Source: Flavobacteriales bacterium (GTDB taxonomy: Bacteria > Bacteroidota > Bacteroidia > M30B66). From it: a stretch of 64,000 nucleotides of DNA. Where the stretch lies: the NCBI GenBank assembly GCA_046294625.1, contig JBKBKN010000010.1, forward strand, positions 27,151-91,150, in the 5' to 3' direction. Shown here one piece after another: positions 49,685 to 59,006 of the stretch. The notes below the pieces were generated by a model. That model saw only the letters and a program-made list of their open reading frames with translations, was not told where the DNA came from and made no database searches. A program made the translations under genes and the position numbers. Each line of letters begins with the position of its first letter. Position 1 is the first letter of the stretch.

Positions 49685-51727
49685 TTATCTGGCTAAGATT
49701 TTGAACTCTGTGCGTCGGTTGAGCTGACGACCTTCGTCCGTGTCGTTAGGGGCAATTGGATCAGTAAACCCATAACCTTTAAACTCCAAGCGCTCCATCG
49801 GAATACCATTTTTAGTAAGGTAGTCTACCACCGACTTTGCTCTTGCTTCAGAGAGACGTTGGTTGTATGCTGCTGAACCTACATTGTCGGTATGGCTTGA
49901 AATTTCAATCTTAAGTGTTGGGTTCTGATTCATCAATGCAATTAAGCGGGTAAGCTCGGCAATAGACTGCGGACGAAGGGTGGACTTGTCGAAATCATAG
50001 AAAATGTTACGCAATACGATTTTCTTGCCCACTTCCAATTTGCTCAGATCCACATCTTTTTCGATTTCCTGATAGGCTTTTGACTTTGGAAGGTCCACAT
50101 TATCAGAGTAAAAAAGATATCCTTCCATGGTCACAGCAATTCCATAATTTCGACCTGAAGGCAGAGAAACGAGATAGCGACCGGTTTTCGCATTGGATTG
50201 AAAGGTAGATACGATTTGGTTTTTTTCATTGTCTGTAATTACAATGACGGCGTTGAGTGGTTCTTGGGTTTGTGCATCCCGTACAACTCCTTTAAGAATC
50301 GTCACTGCAGAAGTAAATCTACTTTCAACTTTTGGTTCGGCAATAGCTTCTTTCAAAGGATTGATGATGCTGGTGAGCGGTTGATCTTCGAAAGCAAATA
50401 AGGGTAATTTTTCTTCGCCAAGTATGGTAATTCGGTAGATATCTGTTTCACCGTATGAATCCATTTTGGCTGATGAGTAATAGGCATGCTTGCCACTGGC
50501 AGAAACTACAAAAAACACATCTTTATCAGCGGAGTTAATTGGGTAGCCTATATTTTCTGGTGTTGACCAATTGCCAAGCGAATCGAGGGTGCTTTTGAAA
50601 ATGTCATAATCGCCCATGTTACTATGGCCACGCGAACTGAAATACATGGTTTTGCCATCCGGGTGAAGGTAAACACCTTCTTCATCATAAGGGGTATTGA
50701 TGGTTGGACCAACATTTTTTGGTGATCCCCATTTACCGTTTTCGTCAAGGTGTGTAACGAAAATATCGAATCCCCCATAATTATCATCCGGTTTGTTGCT
50801 TACGAAATAAATTGATTTTTCATCGTAGGAGAAACAGGCATGAATTTCAGAGAATTTTGTATTAATTGATTTACCACCAGCATCAATCGGACGGGTCCAC
50901 TTGTCGCCGTCCAAAGTTGACATTAAAATATCGCCTTCGTTGGCCGGTGTATATATAAACAACTTCTGACCATCGTTCGACAAGGCTACGGTGGCATCGT
51001 GTAGTTTGGTGTTGACCGGAGCGGGCAAAGCCTGTGGCGGAGTCCATTTATTGTTCTGATTGGTAGTAGAGTAAATATCTTCATAGAACAATCCATCTGC
51101 CGCAATGCCCCCTCCTGTGGTGTTAGGTCGGCGTGATGTGAAAAGCATCACTGATTCGTCGGCAGAGATTACAGCTCCATATTCTCTAAATTCGGTGTTG
51201 ACCGTAGAACCAATATTTTCGATTATTACACGCACCGGATTGGCAACGAGTTGCTTAGCTGTATTGCATTCTGTAATACGCTTATCAGGGTTTAAGCCAG
51301 GTTTCTTTTCAGGTACTTTTTTATAAAGACTATAAAATTTGATGGCTTCATCAAACTCATGGTTGAGGTGATAGGCTTCTCCAAGATAAAAAGTGATATG
51401 CGGATCGACGCTTGGATTCAAATCATAGGCTTTTCTGAAATAGGCCAGCGACATAAATCTCTTTGGAGAAATATTGAAACACTGCCCAAGTTTAAAATTG
51501 AGTTGGGCATTGTTGGGGTTGAATGCATTGGCTTTAAGATAAAAGCCAAGAGCCTGTGGCCTTTGAAATTCGGTTCCGGTGAAAAGTTCGTCGCCGATTT
51601 TTAGAAATCGCTTAGCTTCTTTAAGTTTTTTACCTGCTTTAGGAAAGTTTGCCTTGGTGAACTCCACGTTTTGTGCATTCACTAATGAACCTATACAAAG
51701 TATGATTGATATGAATATTTTTCTCAT
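49685..51727 (-). CDS. PorE-like OmpA-family protein (TPR, PD40 repeats, carboxypeptidase-regulatory-like domain, OmpA C-domain)
   Basis: TPR N-terminus, repeated FTSRR/FVSNK/FSSRG beta-propeller units, IFYDFDKS, HTDNVG..YNQRLSEARA, NRRTEF. Confidence 0.88.
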   Translation of the reverse strand: MRKIFISIILCIGSLVNAQNVEFTKANFPKAGKKLKEAKRFLKIGDELFTGTEFQRPQALGFYLKANAFNPNNAQLNFKLGQCFNISPKRFMSLAYFRKAYDLNPSVDPHITFYLGEAYHLNHEFDEAIKFYSLYKKVPEKKPGLNPDKRITECNTAKQLVANPVRVIIENIGSTVNTEFREYGAVISADESVMLFTSRRPNTTGGGIAADGLFYEDIYSTTNQNNKWTPPQALPAPVNTKLHDATVALSNDGQKLFIYTPANEGDILMSTLDGDKWTRPIDAGGKSINTKFSEIHACFSYDEKSIYFVSNKPDDNYGGFDIFVTHLDENGKWGSPKNVGPTINTPYDEEGVYLHPDGKTMYFSSRGHSNMGDYDIFKSTLDSLGNWSTPENIGYPINSADKDVFFVVSASGKHAYYSSAKMDSYGETDIYRITILGEEKLPLFAFEDQPLTSIINPLKEAIAEPKVESRFTSAVTILKGVVRDAQTQEPLNAVIVITDNEKNQIVSTFQSNAKTGRYLVSLPSGRNYGIAVTMEGYLFYSDNVDLPKSKAYQEIEKDVDLSKLEVGKKIVLRNIFYDFDKSTLRPQSIAELTRLIALMNQNPTLKIEISSHTDNVGSAAYNQRLSEARAKSVVDYLTKNGIPMERLEFKGYGFTDPIAPNDTDEGRQLNRRTEFKILAR

Positions 51728-51738
51728 GGGTTATTGTC

Positions 51739-52893
51739 TTAGTTGCATTCTGAATCAATAAAACTTTTGGCTCCTGAGATACCGTTTTGCAAAGCTTCTC
51801 TCCAATCTTTGCAGGCTCCGGCCACATCGCGAAGATTTTCTTTCGCAATTCCTCTGTTAAAATAAGCCAGACCAAAGTCAGGGTTTAGTTGAATGGCAGA
51901 GTCATAATCACTTATTGCGCCTGCATAATCTTTTATTTTGTTTTTTACCACGCCTCGATTGCTGAATGCAGATGGATTTTTGGGATCTAAGTTGACCGCT
52001 TTATCAAAATCTGCAATGGCACCATCATAATCTTCCAATTCAAATTTGACGCGACCTCTTCGCATGAGTACTTCTGCATTATTGGGACTTGATGCTACCG
52101 CATAATTTAATTCAGTAAGAGCTCCTTGCGGGTCTTTGTTAGACCTTAGCAAAGCGGCTAGATTGATGTATGCTAGAGTGAAATCGGGTTTAAGTTCGAT
52201 GGCTTTTCTAAAATCTGACTCAGCATTTTTGGAATCGTTAAGCTGTCTATGACAAGACCCTCTGTCGTGAAAGGCTTCTGCAAAGTTTGAATTAGCTCTT
52301 ATTGCGGAGCTAAGGGCTGTTTTAGCAGCTTCATAGTTTCCTCTTGAAAACTCAATTCCTGCAGCAAAATAAAAAGCTTCTGCATTCATTGGATTAATTG
52401 ATCCCGATTTGTTATAATCTTCCAATGCTCCATTTTTATCACCTAATTGAAACTTGGCCTGTGCTCTGGAAAAATAAGATTTATCTGACTGGGGAGCCAA
52501 TCCAAGATGAATGGTAAAATCCTTTATTGCTTCTTGAAACATTTGGGCTTCGAGTTTAGCAATAGCCCTATTGTAATAGGCTTTTTCGAACTCAGGTTCC
52601 ATTTGTATGGCACGGTCAAATTCCTGAATAGCTCCTGCGAAATCGCCATTGGTAAACTTTGCAATCCCCTGATTGTAAGCAATAACCGCCAATTCGTTTT
52701 CCTGCGCATTGGCTTTGAAAACGAATAAAGAAAATGAACATAAGAGTAGAATTCGAAAAATATTTAATTTTTTGGGTTTAAAACAAATCATAGTATTTAC
52801 GATTATAGTCACTGGTTTGGTTTGGGTATTCACAATTTCTATTAAATGCTTTAGATTTCTTTCAGCACTTTTCATCACTAAAACTTCAATCAT
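51739..52893 (-). CDS. Tetratricopeptide-repeat protein
   Basis: About 8 TPRs (AYYNRAIAK, AFSNRGVVK, AYFNRGIAK), C-terminal GACKDW; start may be 52791. Confidence 0.88.
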   Translation of the reverse strand: MIEVLVMKSAERNLKHLIEIVNTQTKPVTIIVNTMICFKPKKLNIFRILLLCSFSLFVFKANAQENELAVIAYNQGIAKFTNGDFAGAIQEFDRAIQMEPEFEKAYYNRAIAKLEAQMFQEAIKDFTIHLGLAPQSDKSYFSRAQAKFQLGDKNGALEDYNKSGSINPMNAEAFYFAAGIEFSRGNYEAAKTALSSAIRANSNFAEAFHDRGSCHRQLNDSKNAESDFRKAIELKPDFTLAYINLAALLRSNKDPQGALTELNYAVASSPNNAEVLMRRGRVKFELEDYDGAIADFDKAVNLDPKNPSAFSNRGVVKNKIKDYAGAISDYDSAIQLNPDFGLAYFNRGIAKENLRDVAGACKDWREALQNGISGAKSFIDSECN

Positions 52894-52946
52894 TTTTTAA
52901 TCGGCTAAAGATATAAATTTAGCACTAAACAATCATTGTACCTGAT

Positions 52947-53606
52947 TTATTTTGATAAACCTTGGTTTGGAAAGTGATTGATGACGATGTCAAAATAACT
53001 TGTATCCAGAAAGGTGGTTAAATCATAAATGGTGGTGGTATTGGTTGCGAATTGTTTTTCAAAAATATCTTCCTGTAGTATATCATAGAAAATATTTCTG
53101 AATAGCTCGGTGCAATACATTTTTTGACTCTCGGAGCGATCAAATCGATGATCGAAGGGAACTTTTTGTTGAAGATAATACTCAGCCCTTTCCTTTAGTG
53201 CTATACGTTGTGCTTCTGTGCCTTTATACCTGCAAACAATAATGGAGTTTGGTACGCTTTCGTTTAGAAAATGCTGAAGACTTTGTTTTTGCACACCATC
53301 AATTTCTGATACTGAACTAGACAAAGAGTGGATCACTTTAAGTTCATGTTCTTTTTTTGAAATCATTGCGCAATGTGTTACGGGTATTACGCTATTTTGT
53401 AATTGTGCGATGGATCTCGAAAAAAATCCATAGCCCTGGCGAAGAATGATATCACCATCATGCAGAAACCCTTTTTCCTGTTCACTCATCGGATAGTAAA
53501 CTGATTTAGTGTTTTCTTTATCAAAAAACAGCAGATAAACCAGTACGACCGTCAGAACAGGAAAAAGGGTTCCGAGTATGATTAATGCTTTTCGAAAAAA
53601 ACTCAT
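52947..53606 (-). CDS. Permuted papain-like amidase (YiiX/YebB NlpC/P60 family)
   Basis: LHDGDIILR.G, THCAMI, VIHS, PFD..FD, MYCTEL (His before Cys); N-terminal TM anchor. Confidence 0.85.
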   Translation of the reverse strand: MSFFRKALIILGTLFPVLTVVLVYLLFFDKENTKSVYYPMSEQEKGFLHDGDIILRQGYGFFSRSIAQLQNSVIPVTHCAMISKKEHELKVIHSLSSSVSEIDGVQKQSLQHFLNESVPNSIIVCRYKGTEAQRIALKERAEYYLQQKVPFDHRFDRSESQKMYCTELFRNIFYDILQEDIFEKQFATNTTTIYDLTTFLDTSYFDIVINHFPNQGLSK

Positions 53607-53632
53607 TTTTTCTGAAGCATGTTAAGGATTAA

Positions 53633-54100
53633 TTATTCAGCTGGAGCAGCTTCAGTTTCAGTTGCAGGCTCTTCTGAACCTTCGCCTTCAGCGCCCATAT
53701 CCATATCCATATCCATATCCATGTCACCCATTGGGTTTTCTTTCTTCATGTCAACTAACCAGTTGCCATCAACCTTTTTCATGGTAATTTTGTCATCACT
53801 TCCTTGGTCGTTGCAGCAGTATGTGCAGTCAGCTGTTGAACCGTCTTCAGCAACAGTACACTTTAAATTTTTTACTTCATTTTGCTTTTCAGGCTTTTGA
53901 CCACCAGAGAAAGTTTTAATTAGGTTGAGCATGTTTTTAGTATCTTCAGTTCCTAATTTAGCAGCTTCATCATAGTTGCCTTCAGCTAAAAATTTCAAAT
54001 ATTTTTCAGCAGTTTTTTCAGGACCGTTTGAGTCACCTGAACAAGAAATCATAAATACTGCAACCGCCGCAGCAACAAAAAGATTAAAAGATTTTTTCAT
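53633..54100 (-). CDS. Lipoprotein, DUF4878 (NTF2-like) type
   Basis: Lipobox MISC, PEKTAEKYL..L..GNYDEA, MKKVDGNWLV; acidic Met-Asp tail. Confidence 0.75.
   Translation of the reverse strand: MKKSFNLFVAAAVAVFMISCSGDSNGPEKTAEKYLKFLAEGNYDEAAKLGTEDTKNMLNLIKTFSGGQKPEKQNEVKNLKCTVAEDGSTADCTYCCNDQGSDDKITMKKVDGNWLVDMKKENPMGDMDMDMDMDMGAEGEGSEEPATETEAAPAE
53695..53722. repeat. Hexamer microsatellite (CCATAT)4+
   Basis: Direct tandem repeat encoding MDMDMDMDM. Confidence 0.9.
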
Positions 54101-54132
54101 GATAAATTTTGGATTTGATTTTTATTCGGCAG

Positions 54133-54164
54133 CAAATGTAATCCTAACAATCGAAAACACCAAA
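54133..54164 (-). promoter_or_regulatory. Bacteroidota promoter (-33/-7)
   Basis: TTTG, 20 nt, TACATTTG on the - strand upstream of the DUF4878 gene. Confidence 0.7.
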
Positions 54165-54201
54165 TAAATGCTTAACAGATTTTAACAAAATTAAAAATGG
54201 G

Positions 54202-54594
54202 TTAAAATTGTTTTTGCAGATTCGTCCCAAGAAGGTCGATAAAATTGCTAAGAGGTTTTTCTACCATCATCTTTAGAAATGGATTCACATCGCCGTTGAA
54301 TGTTAACTGAACATCGGTATGTTCACCTTTGGGTTTAATGTTGATGTTCATCTCAAAGCTGAAAGGATTTTTACCGAACGATATCATTTTGATCAACTCA
54401 GTTGGTCGCTTTTCATCGATTTTCATATTGATGTCAGCCATTCCATTAATGGTGTAGGAACAAGATTCCTGATCCGATTTCCAGTTGGTGATTTGTGAAG
54501 GCATGAGCTTGCCTACATTATTCATGTCAGAAAGCCATTCAAATACGGTTTGCGGATTTGTATTTACTTCTTTCCAGGTCGATTCTATTCGCAT
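54202..54594 (-). CDS. SRPBCC/CoxG-like protein
   Basis: VFEWLSDMNNVGKLMP, NPFLKMMVEKPL; 2 nt downstream of pyrE. Confidence 0.75.
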   Translation of the reverse strand: MRIESTWKEVNTNPQTVFEWLSDMNNVGKLMPSQITNWKSDQESCSYTINGMADINMKIDEKRPTELIKMISFGKNPFSFEMNINIKPKGEHTDVQLTFNGDVNPFLKMMVEKPLSNFIDLLGTNLQKQF

Positions 54595-54596
54595 AT

Positions 54597-55253
54597 TTAG
54601 GCTATTTTTAAATTGGTGCCCCAGGTATCAGGGTTTGACTTCCAGCTTTTCAGTGAGTCCACATCTTGTTTATCGATATATTTGCTTTTTAACGCTTGCT
54701 GAATAAGGTGTTCATAGTCGCTTAACGAATAATATTTACATTGTTCTTCTGCAAAAGCCTTTTTAGCAACTTCAAAACCGTAATCGAAAATCGAAACCAT
54801 TCCTTTTACAATTACACCTTCATGCTTCAAGGCTTTCACTGCATTGAGACTGCTTTGACCTGTGGAGATTAAGTCTTCTATTACAACCGCTGTCTGTCCT
54901 GATTCTATTTTACCTTCGATTAAATTTTCCAGTCCATGGCCTTTGGCTTTGGGCCGTATATAAACAAATGGGAGACCAAGCTCTTGAGCCACCAATACCC
55001 CCATAGCTATGCCGCCGGTAGCAACACCCGCAATAATATCAGGCTTTTCAAAGGTTTGATCAATCAATCGGGATATTTCCTGACGAATGAAGGTTCTAAC
55101 CTTAGGATGTGAAAGGGTGAGACGATTGTCGCAATAGATTGGTGAAATCCAGCCCGAAGACCATGTAAAAGGCTTATTAGGTTGTAATTTGACTGCTTTT
55201 ATTTGCAATAAAAAATCTGCTAATTGCAGTGCGATATCTTTATTCGAAATCAT
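54597..55253 (-). CDS. pyrE: Orotate phosphoribosyltransferase
   Basis: FTWSSGWISPIYCDNR, AGVATGGI, VVIEDLISTGQS motifs. Confidence 0.97.
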   Translation of the reverse strand: MISNKDIALQLADFLLQIKAVKLQPNKPFTWSSGWISPIYCDNRLTLSHPKVRTFIRQEISRLIDQTFEKPDIIAGVATGGIAMGVLVAQELGLPFVYIRPKAKGHGLENLIEGKIESGQTAVVIEDLISTGQSSLNAVKALKHEGVIVKGMVSIFDYGFEVAKKAFAEEQCKYYSLSDYEHLIQQALKSKYIDKQDVDSLKSWKSNPDTWGTNLKIA

Positions 55254-55878
55254 GGGGCAAATTTATAAGGTTTACTACAAGGCTAAATCTTTAGTTATTA
55301 ACAAAACGAGCAAATCGGGGTCAGATTTTATCGGTGATGAAATTTCTGAAAGGACTGAAATCATTGACGAAATGGTTAAAAACTTGCTTGATGAAAACCG
55401 TTCAGAAGATGTCATTTATCACTTTTCAGATGCACCAGATGATGCATTTCAACGTTTGATGAAGCATTTCCAATTGATTGAAGCTGCCGGTGGTTTGGTT
55501 GTCAATGAATCAGGTGAAGTACTCATGATTTATCGCATGAAATACTGGGATTTACCCAAAGGTAAAATAGACAAAGGAGAAACTCCGGCAGAAGCCGCGA
55601 AGAGAGAAGTGAGCGAAGAGTGTGGAACACCTTTGCCCGAAATCCTGGAAACATTGCCTGAGACGTACCATATATATCAGCAAAAAGGGGAGTGGATACT
55701 TAAGCGAACTTATTGGTATCTGATGCGAGGAAGTAAAACATGGACGCTCGTTCCACAAACGGAAGAAGATATTGAAGAACTTTGCTGGGTGAAGTCAAAT
55801 GAACTCTTTGAGAAGTCTAAACATTCTTATCCTGCCATAGCTGATTTATTAAAGTTTTATAAGGATAGTAATGCCTGA
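55252..55878 (+). CDS. NUDIX hydrolase
   Basis: AAGGLV, WDLPKGKIDKGETPAEAAKREVSEECG Nudix box; start MGQIYKVYY. Confidence 0.92.
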   Translation: MGQIYKVYYKAKSLVINKTSKSGSDFIGDEISERTEIIDEMVKNLLDENRSEDVIYHFSDAPDDAFQRLMKHFQLIEAAGGLVVNESGEVLMIYRMKYWDLPKGKIDKGETPAEAAKREVSEECGTPLPEILETLPETYHIYQQKGEWILKRTYWYLMRGSKTWTLVPQTEEDIEELCWVKSNELFEKSKHSYPAIADLLKFYKDSNA

Positions 55879-55904
55879 TATTTGAATACTATTTTTGTTG
55901 CCAA

Positions 55905-56540
55905 ATGATATTAGAAGCTCACGCGCTCCGATTTTCCTACAATCCAAATACAAGCTTTCAATTCGCTGATTTTAAATGCGAAGCAGGACAACATTTGTTG
56001 ATTACGGGCGCATCAGGGAGTGGGAAAACTACTTTGCTTCACCTATTAGCAGGGTTGCAGAAGCCGAACTCAGGAAAGATTGTGACTTGTGAAATAGAAA
56101 TGAGCGCTTTGAGTGATGCTGCACTCGATCGATTTAGAGGGAAGCATATCGGAATCGTTTTTCAAAAGCCACATTTTGTTTCAGCATTGAGTGTGTTGGA
56201 GAATCTGGAGCTTGCTTCATGGCTTTCCGGTAAAGGGAAAAGTACAGACTTTGCAAAAGAGCTTCTCGCTAAACTTGATATAGGAAGTCAAGCACATAAG
56301 TGTGTTAGTCAGCTTAGTACGGGGCAACTTCAGCGATTATCCATTATAAGAGCAGTGATGAACAAGCCAAAGCTACTGCTTGCAGATGAGCCGACATCGA
56401 GTCTAGATGATGCTAATTGCGAGCGGGTGAAGCAAATGCTTTTTGATATTGCTGATCAAATTAGTGCAACCCTTGTGGTTGTAACGCATGACCAAAGATT
56501 GAAATCAGATTTCACACATCATTATTCACTGCAGGCATGA
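55905..56540 (+). CDS. ABC transporter ATP-binding protein (LolD/MacB-like)
   Basis: GASGSGKTT, LSTGQ, LLLADEPT, VTHD motifs. Confidence 0.92.
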   Translation: MILEAHALRFSYNPNTSFQFADFKCEAGQHLLITGASGSGKTTLLHLLAGLQKPNSGKIVTCEIEMSALSDAALDRFRGKHIGIVFQKPHFVSALSVLENLELASWLSGKGKSTDFAKELLAKLDIGSQAHKCVSQLSTGQLQRLSIIRAVMNKPKLLLADEPTSSLDDANCERVKQMLFDIADQISATLVVVTHDQRLKSDFTHHYSLQA

Positions 56541-57769
56541 TCATATTGTTGGTTTATAAAAATCTGGTTTCAAAGCCACTGAACGCGCTACTTAGTCTGA
56601 TTTTGCTAATTTCCGGAATAGCGATTATTAGTTTGTTGCTCCACATGCAGGATCAGATTGAGAATAGACTGAGTAAGCAGATTGATGGGATAGACCAAGT
56701 GATGGGCGCCAAAGGAAGTCCTTTGCAACTAATTTTATCTGCAGTTTATCAGATTGACGCACCAACCGGAAATATAAACTTTCAGGAAGCACAGCGCTGG
56801 ATGAATCATCCCTTTGTGCAAAGGGCGATACCTTTATCCTATGGAGACAATTATCTTGGCTTTAAAATAGTTGGGACTACGCATGATTATTTTAAGCATT
56901 TTGAAGCTGAGTTAGCCGAAGGCAAAATCTTTGAAGACGATTTTCAGGTGCTTATTGGTGCACAGGTTGCCAATCGAACAGGGCTAAAGTTGGGCGATAA
57001 GTTTGAAAGTATGCATGGTGGTGCAGAGACAGGAGATGTACATGCCCACCATCCGTTTACTGTCGCTGGCGTGTTGAAGCCGAGCAATAAGCTAATCGAT
57101 TTTTTGATTCTCTGCAATCTCAATAGCTACTGGCTTATGCATGATGAAGCACACACGCATGAACATGATGACGAAGAACACGACCATGCGGCATGCGACC
57201 ATGATCATGAGCAATCGGAAAAAGAAATTACCGCAGTGCTTTTTAAATTCAAAAATAAAATGGCAGCGCTGCAGTGGCCCAGAATGATAGCTGAGAACAC
57301 CAACATGCAGCTGGCATCTCCAGCCATCGAAATTAATCGATTGTTTACGCTTTTTGGCATTGGCATAGAGATGCTTCAATATTTAGGATTGGGAATCTTA
57401 ATCTTATCTGCACTCAGCATTTTTATTGGTTTATACAATAATTTGAAAGACCGAAAGTATGAGATGGCCATGATCAGAGTGAATGGCGGCTCTAGGTTTT
57501 TGCTTTTCGCACTGATAAGTTTTGAGAGCTTATTACTATGTATTGTGGGCTTTGCAGCAGGTACAGTTTTAGCCGCTATGGTGATTAACCTATTGGGTCA
57601 ATCATCGGCTGAACAGTATAATTTAATGATTCAGCCTTTGCAATTTTTTGGTATGCAGCAGGGCATGATTTTTGGTTTAGTTTTGTTATTAGGTTTTGCT
57701 GCCGCCTTTATACCTGCAATCAAAGCTTACAAGCTAAATATTTCTAAGACACTAGCAGATAATCAATGA
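56537..57769 (+). CDS. FtsX/MacB-type ABC permease with His-rich loops
   Basis: GAKGSPLQLILS, PTGNI, P.SYGD, HGG...HAHH, HDEAHTHEHDDEEHDH; 4 TM segments. Confidence 0.9.
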   Translation: MIILLVYKNLVSKPLNALLSLILLISGIAIISLLLHMQDQIENRLSKQIDGIDQVMGAKGSPLQLILSAVYQIDAPTGNINFQEAQRWMNHPFVQRAIPLSYGDNYLGFKIVGTTHDYFKHFEAELAEGKIFEDDFQVLIGAQVANRTGLKLGDKFESMHGGAETGDVHAHHPFTVAGVLKPSNKLIDFLILCNLNSYWLMHDEAHTHEHDDEEHDHAACDHDHEQSEKEITAVLFKFKNKMAALQWPRMIAENTNMQLASPAIEINRLFTLFGIGIEMLQYLGLGILILSALSIFIGLYNNLKDRKYEMAMIRVNGGSRFLLFALISFESLLLCIVGFAAGTVLAAMVINLLGQSSAEQYNLMIQPLQFFGMQQGMIFGLVLLLGFAAAFIPAIKAYKLNISKTLADNQ

Positions 57770-58260
57770 TTTCATTCATCCCACTCATCCTTTCTCTTTT
57801 TATGATTAATACCGGTTTATCCGGAAACTTTTCTGCGAATGACCTTTCAGCGGTTCATCCAGCTGAGCAATCCTTGTCCATTCAATCCGATACGGTAACA
57901 TGGGATATGCTCGCTAAAGTAAAGTATAAGCGAAAACAGCACGAAGAATACGGCTATGTGAATTTTCCCATTTTTCCGGCTGAACTGAAAGCTTTGCGCG
58001 GCAAAACCATCATTATCAGTGGTTACATTATTCCGCTCGATTCAGAAACTTATGTACTGAGTAAATATGTGTTTGCATCCTGTTTTTTTTGCGGCGGTGC
58101 AGGAGCTGAAACCATCATGGGAATTAATTTCCAAAACCTAAAAAAACGTTTGCGAACAGATCAGTTTGTAACTTTAAAGGGGCAATTGTTTCTCAATGAA
58201 GATGATGTAAATGACTGGATGTTTCACATCGACAAGGCTGAAATTATCAAAGGAGGTTAA
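57766..58260 (+). CDS. DUF3299-like exported protein
   Basis: VTWDML, L.GK.I.ISGYIIPL, SCFFCG; ATGA overlap with the permease. Confidence 0.8.
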   Translation: MISFIPLILSLFMINTGLSGNFSANDLSAVHPAEQSLSIQSDTVTWDMLAKVKYKRKQHEEYGYVNFPIFPAELKALRGKTIIISGYIIPLDSETYVLSKYVFASCFFCGGAGAETIMGINFQNLKKRLRTDQFVTLKGQLFLNEDDVNDWMFHIDKAEIIKGG

Positions 58261-58265
58261 TATTC

Positions 58266-58958
58266 TCACGTAAAAACTCTTCTTAAAAGAGGCGTGATGC
58301 GAGCTACAGGATCGCGGCGTATTTTCAATTCTTCTTCGCCAATCAGTTTGAAAAGTCCGTCAATAGCTTTTCCGGTGATGTAAGACTCTAGATCGGGTTC
58401 TACACGCGTTACCCCCGGAATTTTATTATAGGCTGAAGTTACAGCACTCCAATACCTGCCCACATCAACTTTGCGCATGGCATTATTAACCACAGGTTTG
58501 AAAGCAGTATTCAGTTGCACATTTGTTCGATCGTACAGGTAGCGAGTCGCTGCATCGTTACCTCCTCTGAGAATATTGAAAGCATCGTTGATTGTGATTC
58601 CCCGAACTGCATTTTTGAGAATAGGCGCAGCTTCTTTCGATGCTTCTTCGGCAGCCTCGTTCATAGAAAGAATAAAATCATCTACCGGTTTGTTTAGGCC
58701 GATGTTCCTAAGCGTGTTTTCTACTCTTTGCGCTTCGGGTGGCATTAATATTTTTATTGCAGGATTATTGAAGAAACCTCCTTTGCGCGACGCAGTAGAA
58801 GCCGCATTTCCGCTTCCTATATCAAGGGCTTCGCGAAGGCCGTTGCTTACTTCGCCTTCTGTAAGTGGTTTGTTGGCAGACCCTGCTTGCTGTAAAATGT
58901 CGCAACTGCTGAACATAAATAACAGTGCTAGAAGAATGCTTAAGGGTAGTGGACGCAT
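58266..58958 (-). CDS. DUF4197-family lipoprotein
   Basis: Lipobox FSSC; GLREAL.IG, IKILMP, MNEAAE, GLF.LI..EE.KIR.DP.AR motifs. Confidence 0.9.
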   Translation of the reverse strand: MRPLPLSILLALLFMFSSCDILQQAGSANKPLTEGEVSNGLREALDIGSGNAASTASRKGGFFNNPAIKILMPPEAQRVENTLRNIGLNKPVDDFILSMNEAAEEASKEAAPILKNAVRGITINDAFNILRGGNDAATRYLYDRTNVQLNTAFKPVVNNAMRKVDVGRYWSAVTSAYNKIPGVTRVEPDLESYITGKAIDGLFKLIGEEELKIRRDPVARITPLLRRVFT

Positions 58959-59006
58959 CAGTGATATTTTTTTGACCTTTGCAAGGAAATAATTGTGCCA
59001 AAATTA

